64,000 nt of DNA from IMG/VR virus record IMGVR_UViG_3300045988_174823, one strand, 5' to 3'. The position numbers were made by a program, and so were the translations under genes. Each line of letters begins with the position of its first letter. The first letter of the stretch is position 1. This document shows, piece by piece, positions 34,446 to 44,248 of this stretch. The notes under the pieces were generated by a model, which did not search any database, had not been told where the DNA came from, and was given only the letters and a program-made list of their open reading frames with translations. Source of the stretch: a virus.

Positions 34446-34997
34446 TTAGATGAATTTACGTGTTATCCACTGGATGTACTCCTTTCTCACTTTCAACCGT
34501 TCATCGTCGCCGCGAAGACTATTTTGCTCACACACATACGACCGCTTGGCTATTTCGTAACACGTCATTTTATCCATTTGTTCCATCATCCACTGATACG
34601 CGTCGCCAAATTGTGCCGTTGACTCAATACCTGTAATATGTCCCACGGGATGTTCCGTACTTATATGCACTACCAACGGGAATTGGCGCATATCTTGACG
34701 CTTTAGGTATAGCCTAATAAAAGCCGGATACGTGCCACCAACGTTTGGCGGTGCTCCTGGAATATATTCCGCATATACGCCGTTAGATAACGCTACGCGG
34801 TTATGGTAGTACGCATTCAGAGCACGCTTAGTAATACGATTCACCACTTCGTCAAAATCCATCGTATTAACGTCAACGGTTTCGAGTCCTACCAGTTGGC
34901 GCACCTTAAACAACGACGGACGGTATTCATACCACATCGCAATTAATATAACCACGATACATACCGCTGCGGCGAAAAGTGTCGATTTGTCGTCCAT
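34446..34997 (-). CDS. hypothetical membrane-anchored protein
   Basis: 183 aa with an N-terminal TM segment, LFAAAVCIVVILIAMWY. Confidence 0.55.
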   Translation of the reverse strand: MDDKSTLFAAAVCIVVILIAMWYEYRPSLFKVRQLVGLETVDVNTMDFDEVVNRITKRALNAYYHNRVALSNGVYAEYIPGAPPNVGGTYPAFIRLYLKRQDMRQFPLVVHISTEHPVGHITGIESTAQFGDAYQWMMEQMDKMTCYEIAKRSYVCEQNSLRGDDERLKVRKEYIQWITRKFI

Positions 34998-35015
34998 AGT
35001 GCTCTTGAATTTTCG

Positions 35016-35588
35016 TTATCGCTCAGCGAACGTTACCTTGTACCACCCCGCTCCCGCCACGGCCACAAATCGCACGTTACGGTCTCTTTCGTCAAGGGAG
35101 ATATACACCGCTGCTGACGTGTTGGCGAACGCCGGAACTACACCTGTCTCGCGGGACGACGCTACGGCAGCTATTTCTGTCGCGGTCATCTTCTCCACCG
35201 TGGTGTCAGGGCGAACGTCAAAACCCAGCGAACGGATGGCGCCCATCACGTAGTCTGAAACCTCAACGCGCGTCTGCAGCGTGCTCATCATATTTTCGAA
35301 GTCGCGTCGAAATTCGCCAAACGAACGCACCTTGGTGGTGGTAGTTACAGGCTTCCCTACCACGTCGTCGCCAACGAATATCAGGTTACGAGTATGCTCG
35401 GCCCAGCCGTTGGCGACGGATACTACCTTTGAGGCCTGCCAACCGATGGTTTCGGCCTTTTGAGTGACATACGACGCACGCTCTTCCAGTTCGCGCGGAA
35501 GATTTACCAACACGCACGCTTCCTCGTTGCTAATGAGCTCGATGGGCTGGCCATTCCAGCGCTGCTTGAATTCTTGAATTTCCATCAC
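35016..35588 (-). CDS. hypothetical protein
   Basis: 190-aa ORF with an ATGA overlap with the upstream gene. Confidence 0.55.
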   Translation of the reverse strand: MMEIQEFKQRWNGQPIELISNEEACVLVNLPRELEERASYVTQKAETIGWQASKVVSVANGWAEHTRNLIFVGDDVVGKPVTTTTKVRSFGEFRRDFENMMSTLQTRVEVSDYVMGAIRSLGFDVRPDTTVEKMTATEIAAVASSRETGVVPAFANTSAAVYISLDERDRNVRFVAVAGAGWYKVTFAER

Positions 35589-36823
35589 TTCTTGAATTTA
35601 GATTTTTGTTTTTTGTTGAATTTGTGTTGCGGTACGCGTCCCTCTTCACGTGTTAGTTCGTGGTCCTCGTCCGGCGTTTTATTAAACTTTGAACGCCAAA
35701 AATCAACCTCGGCCTCTGCTCGGTGTTTAGGCCCTTCCAAGGTCTCACGCTGCTTGGCGATACGCTGAAGGAAGAGCTGTTTTATGGCTTCGCTGGAAGT
35801 ACGTTCTTCGTCAGTCAGGGGCTGTGCCTTAACGTCCTCAACCTCATCGATGCCATTAACAGCGTGGTTGTGCTGAATACGGTTGAAATCGTAGTTCATC
35901 GACGATGGATATTCCATCTCGGCTTGGGGGTCGTATTCGTCGTTTGTAGGCATGAATTTAGCGTAATACGAGTTATGCAACCCGGCTACCAGTTTAGCCA
36001 GATCCCAGTTCATACGTGCAGCCACACGGCCAAGGATTATCTCCTTGAGGTTTACCGATTTGTAGATGGTTTGCTGGATGTGGAGGCGAATCTCTGTTTC
36101 GACGTTGACGTCTATGGCGCCGTTAATGAATATCTGGTCACCTTCGGCCTCTTTACGTATCTGTTCCAGAGTGCGTAGCATCGAATTATAGGCGTCGTTC
36201 GAGCGGAGGGCCTTGTAGCGCATTTTCATCTGGGTGTACATCCAGCTGAGTTCCTCCAACCGCGGACGCTTCGAGTACAGGCGCACATCCTGGACGCGGT
36301 TACGGAATTCCTCGCGACGTTTTTCAATATCGTTAATAAACCGCTTCAACACGTCCTGGACGTAGTTCAGTTCTACCTCTATTTCACGACTTTCAGCCAA
36401 TATACGGACTACCTCCCGCGGGGTGAACATCTTCCCCAAGAGTTCCTTTATATCCTCTACCAGCGTCACGTCGCTCATATGAAGCGATTTGTGTTCTTCG
36501 CGCTCGGCCTGTTTACGCTTACGCGCCAATTCGAACGAACCCCGTGCCACGGCTAAGAGGCGGTTGGCCGTCACCTGGACCTTACGGCGTTCGGTGTACA
36601 TTTCCAGAATTTCTTCGCGTTCGCTGGCAGAGAGGTGCTTAATAGTGTCGTGTAGCTTACGCGGGAACCACATCAGGTTGATTTCCGTACCGTCAGAAGC
36701 CAGCACGTGAATACGTTTCAACGTGGCCGACTCTTTCATCACCAGATATTTCTTCCACGCCACTGTATCAACGATTTCCGGAGGCACCGGGGCGTTTAAT
36801 ATGTCCTTGAAGTCTTTTTCCAT
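35585..36823 (-). CDS. hypothetical protein (basic C-terminal tail)
   Basis: 412-aa ORF with the leader GTACAACGCA before the ATG. Confidence 0.6.
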   Translation of the reverse strand: MEKDFKDILNAPVPPEIVDTVAWKKYLVMKESATLKRIHVLASDGTEINLMWFPRKLHDTIKHLSASEREEILEMYTERRKVQVTANRLLAVARGSFELARKRKQAEREEHKSLHMSDVTLVEDIKELLGKMFTPREVVRILAESREIEVELNYVQDVLKRFINDIEKRREEFRNRVQDVRLYSKRPRLEELSWMYTQMKMRYKALRSNDAYNSMLRTLEQIRKEAEGDQIFINGAIDVNVETEIRLHIQQTIYKSVNLKEIILGRVAARMNWDLAKLVAGLHNSYYAKFMPTNDEYDPQAEMEYPSSMNYDFNRIQHNHAVNGIDEVEDVKAQPLTDEERTSSEAIKQLFLQRIAKQRETLEGPKHRAEAEVDFWRSKFNKTPDEDHELTREEGRVPQHKFNKKQKSKFKK

Positions 36824-36867
36824 TGCGTTGTACTGTATATGAGTCGTTGGAATAATAACTGTTGGCG

Positions 36868-37206
36868 CTATTCATCTACCATTGACGATGGTTGCGATGA
36901 ACGATCAACGTCGTTGTGGTATAGCGCTGGCGCCACTTCATTACGATAATCCACAAATGCCCAACGGTTGTGGTCGCCGCTGAGAGCGCCGAGTAATTCG
37001 CGATCGCGCCAAATGTTGTTATGCACGGGAAACGGTTGGCGTTTCATACGTGTAGGAACTATGCCGTAAACGACAGTGTTACGTGCTATACCCTCACTGA
37101 CCTTCACAGCGTCGGGAACCGTTAAGCGAAACGCCTGACCCGCGTCCTCTGGGTAGAGTACAGGGATCAGGAGTCCGTCGCGTGTTTTATAGATTTCGTA
37201 TTTCAT
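36868..37206 (-). CDS. hypothetical protein
   Basis: 112-aa minus-strand ORF. Confidence 0.5.
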   Translation of the reverse strand: MKYEIYKTRDGLLIPVLYPEDAGQAFRLTVPDAVKVSEGIARNTVVYGIVPTRMKRQPFPVHNNIWRDRELLGALSGDHNRWAFVDYRNEVAPALYHNDVDRSSQPSSMVDE

Positions 37207-37419
37207 CTATCGTACAGGTAAGCGGTCGCGTTTCGCTCGTTCCTTAAACAACAACCATCGTAAACGATTCGATATTTTAGCCAACTTCTCATCATCCAGC
37301 ACAACGCTTGGTTGGCGATCGATATACGTGTTCAATATTCCAACCAACGCTTCCAATTCGTCGATTTCCAATCTGATGTTGTTACGCGGCGTGTTATTCA
37401 TAACGTTCGTATTCGTCAA
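37207..37419 (-). CDS. hypothetical protein
   Basis: 70-aa minus-strand ORF that abuts the next gene. Confidence 0.45.
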   Translation of the reverse strand: MTNTNVMNNTPRNNIRLEIDELEALVGILNTYIDRQPSVVLDDEKLAKISNRLRWLLFKERAKRDRLPVR

Positions 37420-37702
37420 CCAGTTCTTCTGCTGTTAGGCGTACTTTTTTCTCATAGAACAACCGCCAACGCCAATAAGGTATATATGTATCAGGGTCAA
37501 CAGGTACGCGCTGCCCACACTCAGGGCATGTCGTGAAGTCGTTGTCGTAACGCATGCCTGTGGGGACAATTTCGGCGTTAGTGAACAAGAGTTTCGCGCC
37601 ACACATTTCACAACGTTTCTTATACACTGGATTTTGGAGATATTCTTTTCTGCGTTGTGATCTTTTATATCGTCTTGGATCTCCCTTTTTGAGTGTTATC
37701 AT
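37394..37702 (-). CDS. zinc-ribbon protein
   Basis: 102 aa with CEMCG ... CPECG. Confidence 0.5.
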   Translation of the reverse strand: MITLKKGDPRRYKRSQRRKEYLQNPVYKKRCEMCGAKLLFTNAEIVPTGMRYDNDFTTCPECGQRVPVDPDTYIPYWRWRLFYEKKVRLTAEELVDEYERYE

Positions 37703-38247
37703 CGCTTACGATTCTTGTACATCAACCGTATATTCTGACCTGTCAAATCGGCAAATGCCTCTTTGGATACCTCGATGCAGTCGGCAGGTATTTTGGCGCG
37801 TCCCGATTCTACCATCCATTTTGATACGGCAAAACCTAATTTAGAGCCAACGATCTTGATATTGGCCTCTACCTTTAAACAACATCCGCCAAAATAGTCC
37901 GTATAACCAACCAAGGCGTTAACCTCGTTACACCCCACACGCGGCAAGCGCTGAATACGTTCGTAAACCGCACGTCCCTCAGGTGTGCGGTCGGGACGAT
38001 ACATATTGGCCAACGGTGAACCGTCTCGCTGCCATCCTGGCGGTGGAGTGGTGGTGAATTCCACAGCACTGATTCCACCAGCCCAAAGCAATTTAGCTGG
38101 ACGATAGCTTACACCGCCAACACTCTTTACAAACGCTCGCGCGGCGTTAAGAGCTTGTATTCGTTTCCACGCCAACGAGAATATCTCGTCGTAGGTTTTG
38201 GTTCCAACGTCCGCGACGTAGTATTTCATCGCTTCTTTTTTTTTCAT
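37699..38247 (-). CDS. hypothetical protein
   Basis: 182-aa ORF with ATGA overlaps at both ends. Confidence 0.55.
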   Translation of the reverse strand: MKKKEAMKYYVADVGTKTYDEIFSLAWKRIQALNAARAFVKSVGGVSYRPAKLLWAGGISAVEFTTTPPPGWQRDGSPLANMYRPDRTPEGRAVYERIQRLPRVGCNEVNALVGYTDYFGGCCLKVEANIKIVGSKLGFAVSKWMVESGRAKIPADCIEVSKEAFADLTGQNIRLMYKNRKR

Positions 38248-39047
38248 ATCGCGCTTTCTTTTTGTAACATCGCTGTAGCGTACAATAAGGCGCCAAATGA
38301 CGCCATGGCGATATTACGATCAACGTACATATTCCTTGACTGGTCGATTTCTATCAACACACGTCCATCATCCAACAATTCGAGGTGAACACGTCCGTAC
38401 GTCAACAGTTCCATCAACACGTCCTCCAAAGTAAACGCTGGCTGATAGCGGTGTGAACGTAAGATTTCGTACGCTCGCGGTTGATTGGTGGTGAGCAGTG
38501 CGCCTGATTGGTGTCCACGACGTAATAAATACCCTAATTGCTTTCGCGGTTTCAAGCCCCTTTTCAAGAGTTCTGCCGAAGCCATAGCAGGTAATACATC
38601 AGTACCAATCAAAGACTCTGTATAGGCTTGTTTAGGGCCATATTGTGAGGGGTATTTATCGTCTGGGGTTGGGATACGCGGCAGACGTCCTTCCAACACA
38701 CGTTTATCTACCAATTCCGAACGACCATCGGTGGTGTACCATTGACCGTCGTAGTATGACGGTCGGCGTTCAAACCAATGAAACGTACCATCAGCATCGG
38801 CGGTATAATATCCAGGTTTGATAGCTACCATCGACGACGAACGCAGTTGGACATATTCACCGTTCTTTAGTGTAGCGCCATCCAACAAGACATTAGCTTG
38901 TTCAGGTGTTATGTGAGTGGACTTGGCCTCGCTAAAGAACAACTGATGGTCTTTAATCCTAATTGGGTGCCGGTTGGTGAGGATGTAACCCTCCACGGCG
39001 TGTCTAACCAACCAGGCCATGGCTGTCCAGTATTTCGTAGAACTCAC
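38244..39047 (-). CDS. hypothetical protein
   Basis: 267-aa minus-strand ORF. Confidence 0.55.
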   Translation of the reverse strand: MSSTKYWTAMAWLVRHAVEGYILTNRHPIRIKDHQLFFSEAKSTHITPEQANVLLDGATLKNGEYVQLRSSSMVAIKPGYYTADADGTFHWFERRPSYYDGQWYTTDGRSELVDKRVLEGRLPRIPTPDDKYPSQYGPKQAYTESLIGTDVLPAMASAELLKRGLKPRKQLGYLLRRGHQSGALLTTNQPRAYEILRSHRYQPAFTLEDVLMELLTYGRVHLELLDDGRVLIEIDQSRNMYVDRNIAMASFGALLYATAMLQKESAI

Positions 39048-39474
39048 GCGGCCAAACGATATTATCAGGCAGTGGTACCAAGAACGACCCTAATGCCACG
39101 GCAAATGCCTGCGCCACATCCTTCACTTCCCAACTTGCTATTCCGCAACCGATTTTAGTCACGTAGAATGTCTGTTCGGGGTGTTGGCTGGTGTAGAGGA
39201 TGAAGCGGTCACATGCATCTATCAACGCTTTATACGGAACGTGTGTCTTTCGGTACAACGGGCGATTGGTGTAATCTTCTTCAACCTCGACGTACTCCAT
39301 CGTCGGGATGGCGTAGCTTCGGCCCTGCGGACCTTCAGCTTGACCGTTTATGGCGCCAAAACGTTTCATCGCCGTGTAAGCCGCACCACCGCAGTGGTCA
39401 CCGTCAGTATTAGAACCAAACACAAATACGCCATCGTCGGGCAGTTCGTCAATATTTTCAGGTGTAAATTTCAT
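39004..39474 (-). CDS. conserved phage protein (FGSN-x4-H-x-GGAA ... IGCGIA motifs), function unknown
   Basis: VFVFGSNTDGDHCGGAAYTA ... GRSYAIPT ... FYVTKIGCGIASW is a Rossmann-like pattern that recurs in phage genomes. I could not name the family with confidence. Confidence 0.5.
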   Translation of the reverse strand: MKFTPENIDELPDDGVFVFGSNTDGDHCGGAAYTAMKRFGAINGQAEGPQGRSYAIPTMEYVEVEEDYTNRPLYRKTHVPYKALIDACDRFILYTSQHPEQTFYVTKIGCGIASWEVKDVAQAFAVALGSFLVPLPDNIVWPREFYEILDSHGLVG

Positions 39475-39480
39475 AGGTAG

Positions 39481-39693
39481 TTAGATTTCTTCAATTTCTC
39501 CTCGTTGGAGTGCTTTCTTGTAGTTTACTAAATTAACCGATTCGACGTCCGAAGTGGAGCAATCAGGACCGATGAATTGAACGTTCATTGCGTTCTGTTC
39601 AGGGCGTATCTTTACCACGACAAATGTCGTGCCTACAGGCAACAGATACCTCTTCCCTACACGAAAGAACCGCGCTTTACTCTTCTTCGCCAT
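39481..39693 (-). CDS. hypothetical protein
   Basis: 70-aa minus-strand ORF. Confidence 0.45.
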   Translation of the reverse strand: MAKKSKARFFRVGKRYLLPVGTTFVVVKIRPEQNAMNVQFIGPDCSTSDVESVNLVNYKKALQRGEIEEI

Positions 39694-40351
39694 CTACTTT
39701 CTTGATTATTTTGGTGGCCGATTTGATAAGCGCCTCGGTGTCTTTCAACGCAGCTAACTGGTCCGCGGTGTACTCACGCCAACGGTCCTTGTTAATTAAA
39801 CCGCTGATTTTAACGGCAATTCGCCGAACGTTTTCGCGTAGAGTGTCGTACTTGAGTATATCCAGCTGGCGAGTTGTAATGTACTGAAAATAACTACCCG
39901 TGATGGTCTTTGTTTCACCCGATACCGTAATGACATTTTCGCTGGTAACGATGGGATCTACGTTGGGCACAGGTTCGCCACCCGTTGGCGTAAGGTCGTA
40001 GAAATTCAACGGCACCAAATTATATTTTATCGAAAAAGAAAGAGCCGCTCCTGATTCCTCTTCAGTCACCCTGTAAATCTGCACTATCGAGCCGTGATTA
40101 AATCGGGCGACGAGGTCTCCAGAAAACAGCGTCGCAGGACACAGACAACGTTCGCGGAACTTTTCCAGGGGGATCAATACCGAATTTTTGGATGTAGGAA
40201 AGTTCTTGACGACTACCATCATTTCAGAACTCTCCGTCGTTTCTCCTGGCGTTTCCATTACAGGCATACAACCCGTGGTAAAGACTCGGGCGATGGTGTT
40301 ATCGACACGATAATACCATTCGCGATTTACATAATTTTCAACAGTTTTCAT
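39677..40351 (-). CDS. hypothetical protein
   Basis: 224-aa minus-strand ORF. Confidence 0.55.
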   Translation of the reverse strand: MKTVENYVNREWYYRVDNTIARVFTTGCMPVMETPGETTESSEMMVVVKNFPTSKNSVLIPLEKFRERCLCPATLFSGDLVARFNHGSIVQIYRVTEEESGAALSFSIKYNLVPLNFYDLTPTGGEPVPNVDPIVTSENVITVSGETKTITGSYFQYITTRQLDILKYDTLRENVRRIAVKISGLINKDRWREYTADQLAALKDTEALIKSATKIIKKVDGEEE

Positions 40352-40899
40352 TATGCGTAGTTTTTACGTAATTCTTCCAATTTGGCAGTGTAAACCTCCA
40401 TTAGAGCTGGATCGCAGGTCATACGGCGTTTCCAAACCTCGATATTTTCGGTGGCCGGAAGTACGTTTTTGTATTCAGAAGTTGAACTCTCATCAGCCCA
40501 CGAACGTTGAGCGTCGTCCATCATGTAGGCTACCAACTGCCATTCGTAGGGTGACTGGATTTCCGTGCGGAGGTATTCGTAATGTGCCAGGATTTCGATA
40601 GGATCCTTGGTGCGAAACGCGAAGTCGGGGTCTGACGATTCCGAAAAGCCGCGCCCTCGGCCTATCAACCCCGACCGGAGCCACTGGTGATAAGCGGGCT
40701 TCCCATCATCAGTATTACATTTCAAAAGGTAGTATAAATTTTTCATCGTTGTTAAAAAGTTTTCATTTCTTAAAAACGTTGGCGATTTCTTTGGGCGACG
40801 GGAATCGTGTCCGTTGGCGTGGTGCACGGCGGGGGAAATGACGCTCGATGGTTTCCTCTTCACGGTCCTCGATACGGTCTTCGGCCTTGTTGAGTTCAT
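40351..40899 (-). CDS. hypothetical protein
   Basis: The ATG at 40899 forms an ATGA overlap with the helicase stop. The first ~50 aa are basic and low-complexity, so the ATG at 40746 (MKNLYYLLKC...) is an alternative start. Confidence 0.45.
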   Translation of the reverse strand: MNSTRPKTVSRTVKRKPSSVISPAVHHANGHDSRRPKKSPTFLRNENFLTTMKNLYYLLKCNTDDGKPAYHQWLRSGLIGRGRGFSESSDPDFAFRTKDPIEILAHYEYLRTEIQSPYEWQLVAYMMDDAQRSWADESSTSEYKNVLPATENIEVWKRRMTCDPALMEVYTAKLEELRKNYA

Positions 40900-42431
40900 C
40901 CTCGTGAACCTTGGATCGGATATCTTCCGTTGAATGGTTGGCTGATGTCATAACTTGCTTGATTTAAGGGAACGTATATTAGTGAATTTTTTGCGCGTGT
41001 AATGGCTACATATTTAAGGTTAGATTCTTGTTCCAACTGCCACGGCTGTGTAGCGAAGCGCGACGGGATAAGTTCTGGAGCCAGAAAGAACACATTGTCG
41101 CTTTCAAGGCCCTTGGATTTGTGGATAGTCATCAACATTATTCCCTCAAGGTCGTCGGTAAAAATTCCCTCGATTATTTCACGCAGTTCTGCTACCGTAT
41201 CGGCTTCAACGGCCAACGCGCGTAACACTTCTATTTTCTCCAATAGTTCGTCCATCTTCGGCGACGCATCAGGGTTCTTCCAACCCTTAGCACGCAATTT
41301 CTGAGCCAGTTTGTCAGCTTCTTTCCAAAGTAGCTTTTCCAACTCGTCGATAGTACGGGCTCCTGTCTTGGATACCAAATCCACCAAACTGCGGCCGATG
41401 TCCTTGCCACGAACGCGTGATTTAATCTTGTTTTTCAACAACCACAGGTAAACCTCCACCAGCGGGCGCAGGTTACGGCATATTATCCAATCACCGTCCT
41501 CAATGTCGTTCAAAGAGCCGACGCTGACCTCGCCCTCGTGAGCGCGTTCGTAGGGACGTATATAGGGAACAATTTTTTCGGCTTCTTCGACAATACGGCG
41601 TCCACAGCGATAACAAACCGACAACGGCATTTCCACACTTTCGCCATTTAATTCAGCCAACCGGGAATAACTGTTGGCGTCGGCGCCTGCAAAACCGTAT
41701 ATAGCTTGACGTGGATCGCCAACGGTTATCAACCGTGAACGGCGGTCCAGCGCGTGTTTTATCAATTCGTGCTGCAGGAGACTCATATCCTGGCTCTCGT
41801 CCACCATTATCACCTCATACTTACGGAAGCGAATACTGGGGTCCGTCACCGGGACATACAACATATCGGTAAAATCAAACTGTGAATGGTCAGCAGCTCC
41901 CTTGGCAAACGTTTCCAATGCCAGTTGTTTCTCCAGCAAGTCACAGTCGATATCGTGATATTCGCACAATGCCTCAATTTCGCCGATTTCAGGACGGCAA
42001 AGCGACGTCCGCATCAAATCTACTATCTTCGGAATTAAATAAAACAGATATCCCTTTTTACGCCTCAACAACAATTCCTGTACCTGCTCGTCGCGGGCGT
42101 GATGTTTCAACACCACTTCTAACTTGGCTATGGACTTATTCGGGTTCATCTGGGCGGTACGGCCGTACCGACGTAGCAACAACCGCCACCCATAGGAGTG
42201 CAACGTCATTATATCGACGTTCGGGCGACGGTTTCGGGCCTGCAATTCCTTCACGATGGAATTGTTGAAGGCCATGAAGATGATGGATTTTCCACGTGGT
42301 ATGCGTTCCAAGCAACCGAGTAGAGTGGTAGTCTTACCACTGCCAGCCACAGCGTTAACATTGATATTGTGGTTTGTAGTAGCTACCTCATTGTATATTG
42401 CCTGTTGATAAGGCGACGGCTGAAAAGCCAT
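40896..42431 (-). CDS. UvrD/PcrA-like SF1 DNA helicase
   Basis: Motifs present: AGSGKTTTL (Walker A), VMVDESQDMS (motif II), VGDPRQAIYGFAGA, YRCGRRIV, TIHKSKGLESDNVF and YVAITRAKNSL. Confidence 0.85.
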   Translation of the reverse strand: MAFQPSPYQQAIYNEVATTNHNINVNAVAGSGKTTTLLGCLERIPRGKSIIFMAFNNSIVKELQARNRRPNVDIMTLHSYGWRLLLRRYGRTAQMNPNKSIAKLEVVLKHHARDEQVQELLLRRKKGYLFYLIPKIVDLMRTSLCRPEIGEIEALCEYHDIDCDLLEKQLALETFAKGAADHSQFDFTDMLYVPVTDPSIRFRKYEVIMVDESQDMSLLQHELIKHALDRRSRLITVGDPRQAIYGFAGADANSYSRLAELNGESVEMPLSVCYRCGRRIVEEAEKIVPYIRPYERAHEGEVSVGSLNDIEDGDWIICRNLRPLVEVYLWLLKNKIKSRVRGKDIGRSLVDLVSKTGARTIDELEKLLWKEADKLAQKLRAKGWKNPDASPKMDELLEKIEVLRALAVEADTVAELREIIEGIFTDDLEGIMLMTIHKSKGLESDNVFFLAPELIPSRFATQPWQLEQESNLKYVAITRAKNSLIYVPLNQASYDISQPFNGRYPIQGSRG

Positions 42432-42463
42432 GACGATTTTGTTTTACAATTTTGTTACTGATA

Positions 42464-42787
42464 CTATCCGCGAGTCGATGTCCAGTAAATCCATTTGACG
42501 CTTTTGTGAAACTGGAAATTCAGCGCTTTCTGGTTCTGTACGATGGATTCGAGTTTCGACAGCACAGCCGCCTTTCCTCGATGTATATCTAACGACTCTA
42601 AGCGTATAAACGCTGTAATATCATACCCCGTTACCTCGCAGTAGTCGATTGACGCCACGTTGGACTCTACTGACGGTGTAAATTTGTTTACTAAGAACAC
42701 CAACGGGTCGTTACCGTACATCCAAACCTCCAAAACGGCAAAACCGCTTTCCAAAATGGTGGTGATGATTTCAATCTTTCTTTCCAT
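42464..42787 (-). CDS. hypothetical protein
   Basis: 107-aa minus-strand ORF. Confidence 0.5.
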   Translation of the reverse strand: MERKIEIITTILESGFAVLEVWMYGNDPLVFLVNKFTPSVESNVASIDYCEVTGYDITAFIRLESLDIHRGKAAVLSKLESIVQNQKALNFQFHKSVKWIYWTSTRG

Positions 42788-43409
42788 TGTGATATTCCTT
42801 TTTGATGTTTTCTAATAGCTTTTTCATGCGTACCAACGCGCGGCTGTAAAGGTTTTCGGTGACGTCAGGATTATCGGCCAAGAACTCTGATTTACGCTGG
42901 CCTGCTAATCGCGACATCGTGATCCTTCGTTCCAAATCAGTAAATCCCAGTGTGTCAAACGTTATTTCCATATCGTTGACATAACCTGGAGTGCGCATAT
43001 CGGGGTGCGAAGACTCTACGGCGTCCGATATTTCACCATGACGTGCCTTGAGGTTCTTCTTGTAGAGTGTGTAGAAATTACGCGCGATAGATTTGTTGAA
43101 ATAGAAATAGAAATTCGCACCCGGAAGGATGGTAAACTTTTCTATACATTTGTCAAACATCGCGTAACAATCGGCAATGGCTTCGTCGCGTGAGGGGATA
43201 TCCGGCGTGTTAGAACCGTTCAACAGATTGATGTAGTTCGTGATGTTTTTCAACACGATATGCCCCATCATCCTGAATACAAGGTTACGATACGCAGACG
43301 CCCGGCGCGGGTCGTCACAATGTCTGATGATGAGAATACATTTATTCACCAGCCCGATTCGGTATTTGAATGACTGGCGAAACATTTGACGCTCGACCGA
43401 CTTACGCAT
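42771..43409 (-). CDS. sigma-70-family-like factor (tentative)
   Basis: The region-2-like segment is DEAIADCYAMFDKCIEKF...FYFNKSIARNF. The region-4-like HTH is LTDLERRITMSRLAGQRKSEFLADNPDVTENLYSRALVRMKKLL. Confidence 0.45.
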   Translation of the reverse strand: MRKSVERQMFRQSFKYRIGLVNKCILIIRHCDDPRRASAYRNLVFRMMGHIVLKNITNYINLLNGSNTPDIPSRDEAIADCYAMFDKCIEKFTILPGANFYFYFNKSIARNFYTLYKKNLKARHGEISDAVESSHPDMRTPGYVNDMEITFDTLGFTDLERRITMSRLAGQRKSEFLADNPDVTENLYSRALVRMKKLLENIKKEYHNGKKD

Positions 43410-43417
43410 AACCGCTT

Positions 43418-43747
43418 CTATTTTTTCAACATCGACTTAGCTTCAGCACGAACGGCAGCCAACTTTGCGCGGCGTTCCGGAGCGATTTTCTTCTTGAAGT
43501 GTTCATGAGAGCGCCGCTTTAGGGATTCCTGCTTCTGCTCCTTGGACATCGCTCTAAAACGGCCGAAATAGATACCTTTCAGGTCAGCGGGCGTTTCCTT
43601 TTTGATTTCTTCACGTATCTTACCACAAGCCGGGCACGGCGATTGCTTACAGAACGGCTTACCGTCACGCATCACCACGCTTACCGATGAATAGTAGTCG
43701 CGCTGGTCGTAGCGCGGACATTCGGGGTTTTTACAAACGAATTCCAT
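43418..43747 (-). CDS. zinc-ribbon protein with basic C-terminus
   Basis: 109 aa with CKNPECPRYD ... CPACGK. Confidence 0.5.
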   Translation of the reverse strand: MEFVCKNPECPRYDQRDYYSSVSVVMRDGKPFCKQSPCPACGKIREEIKKETPADLKGIYFGRFRAMSKEQKQESLKRRSHEHFKKKIAPERRAKLAAVRAEAKSMLKK

Positions 43748-43755
43748 AGGGCTGA

Positions 43756-44229
43756 TTATTGACGGCTACCGTACAACGCAATCAGCATCGCGTCGCAAGT
43801 GGCCAAAGTTACGTTGAATTGCGGGAATAGCTGCTGGGCCTTAGCTTTGAGTTTGTTCTTCCATTCGGTCTTGGTCATCTTGCCGCGAACGCCGAGTTGA
43901 AATTCCTTCTGCCATTTCTGGGGTGTTACGGTCTCGGTCGGAATACGACACGCCAACAGAGCCATCTCTAAATGACCGTAACCGCGGCCGAAATTGAACA
44001 TCGCGTTGGCGCCGTTACCCGGTATGCCTCCAACCTTCTCCAAATAGCATTTCGAGTTGAGCGAATGGAGTTTCAGGAACGCCAAAAGGTCAGTTGGTGT
44101 TTCGGGCATTTTTACCGCCGCCACCAACCGACCTTTGTCAATGGAGTAAACTCCGATACCACCTGCGGCTCCGGGGTCTATGCCGATTATCAATCGGTCC
44201 TTGTAGTAGGTTGTTACAGATGATTTCAT
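43756..44229 (-). CDS. RuvC-like Holliday junction resolvase
   Basis: IIGIDPGAAGGIGVY supplies the first catalytic Asp. Also present are EKVGGIPGNGANAMFNFGRGYG and ATCDAMLIALYG. Confidence 0.65.
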   Translation of the reverse strand: MKSSVTTYYKDRLIIGIDPGAAGGIGVYSIDKGRLVAAVKMPETPTDLLAFLKLHSLNSKCYLEKVGGIPGNGANAMFNFGRGYGHLEMALLACRIPTETVTPQKWQKEFQLGVRGKMTKTEWKNKLKAKAQQLFPQFNVTLATCDAMLIALYGSRQ

Positions 44230-44248
44230 CGTTATATCTTAGTTGAAA

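Noticed and set aside
40763-40951. 62-aa acidic ORF overlapping the helicase 3' end
   Set aside because: It competes with the ATGA-coupled start at 40899 in another frame and would overlap the helicase gene by 55 nt. The two cannot be discriminated without comparative data.
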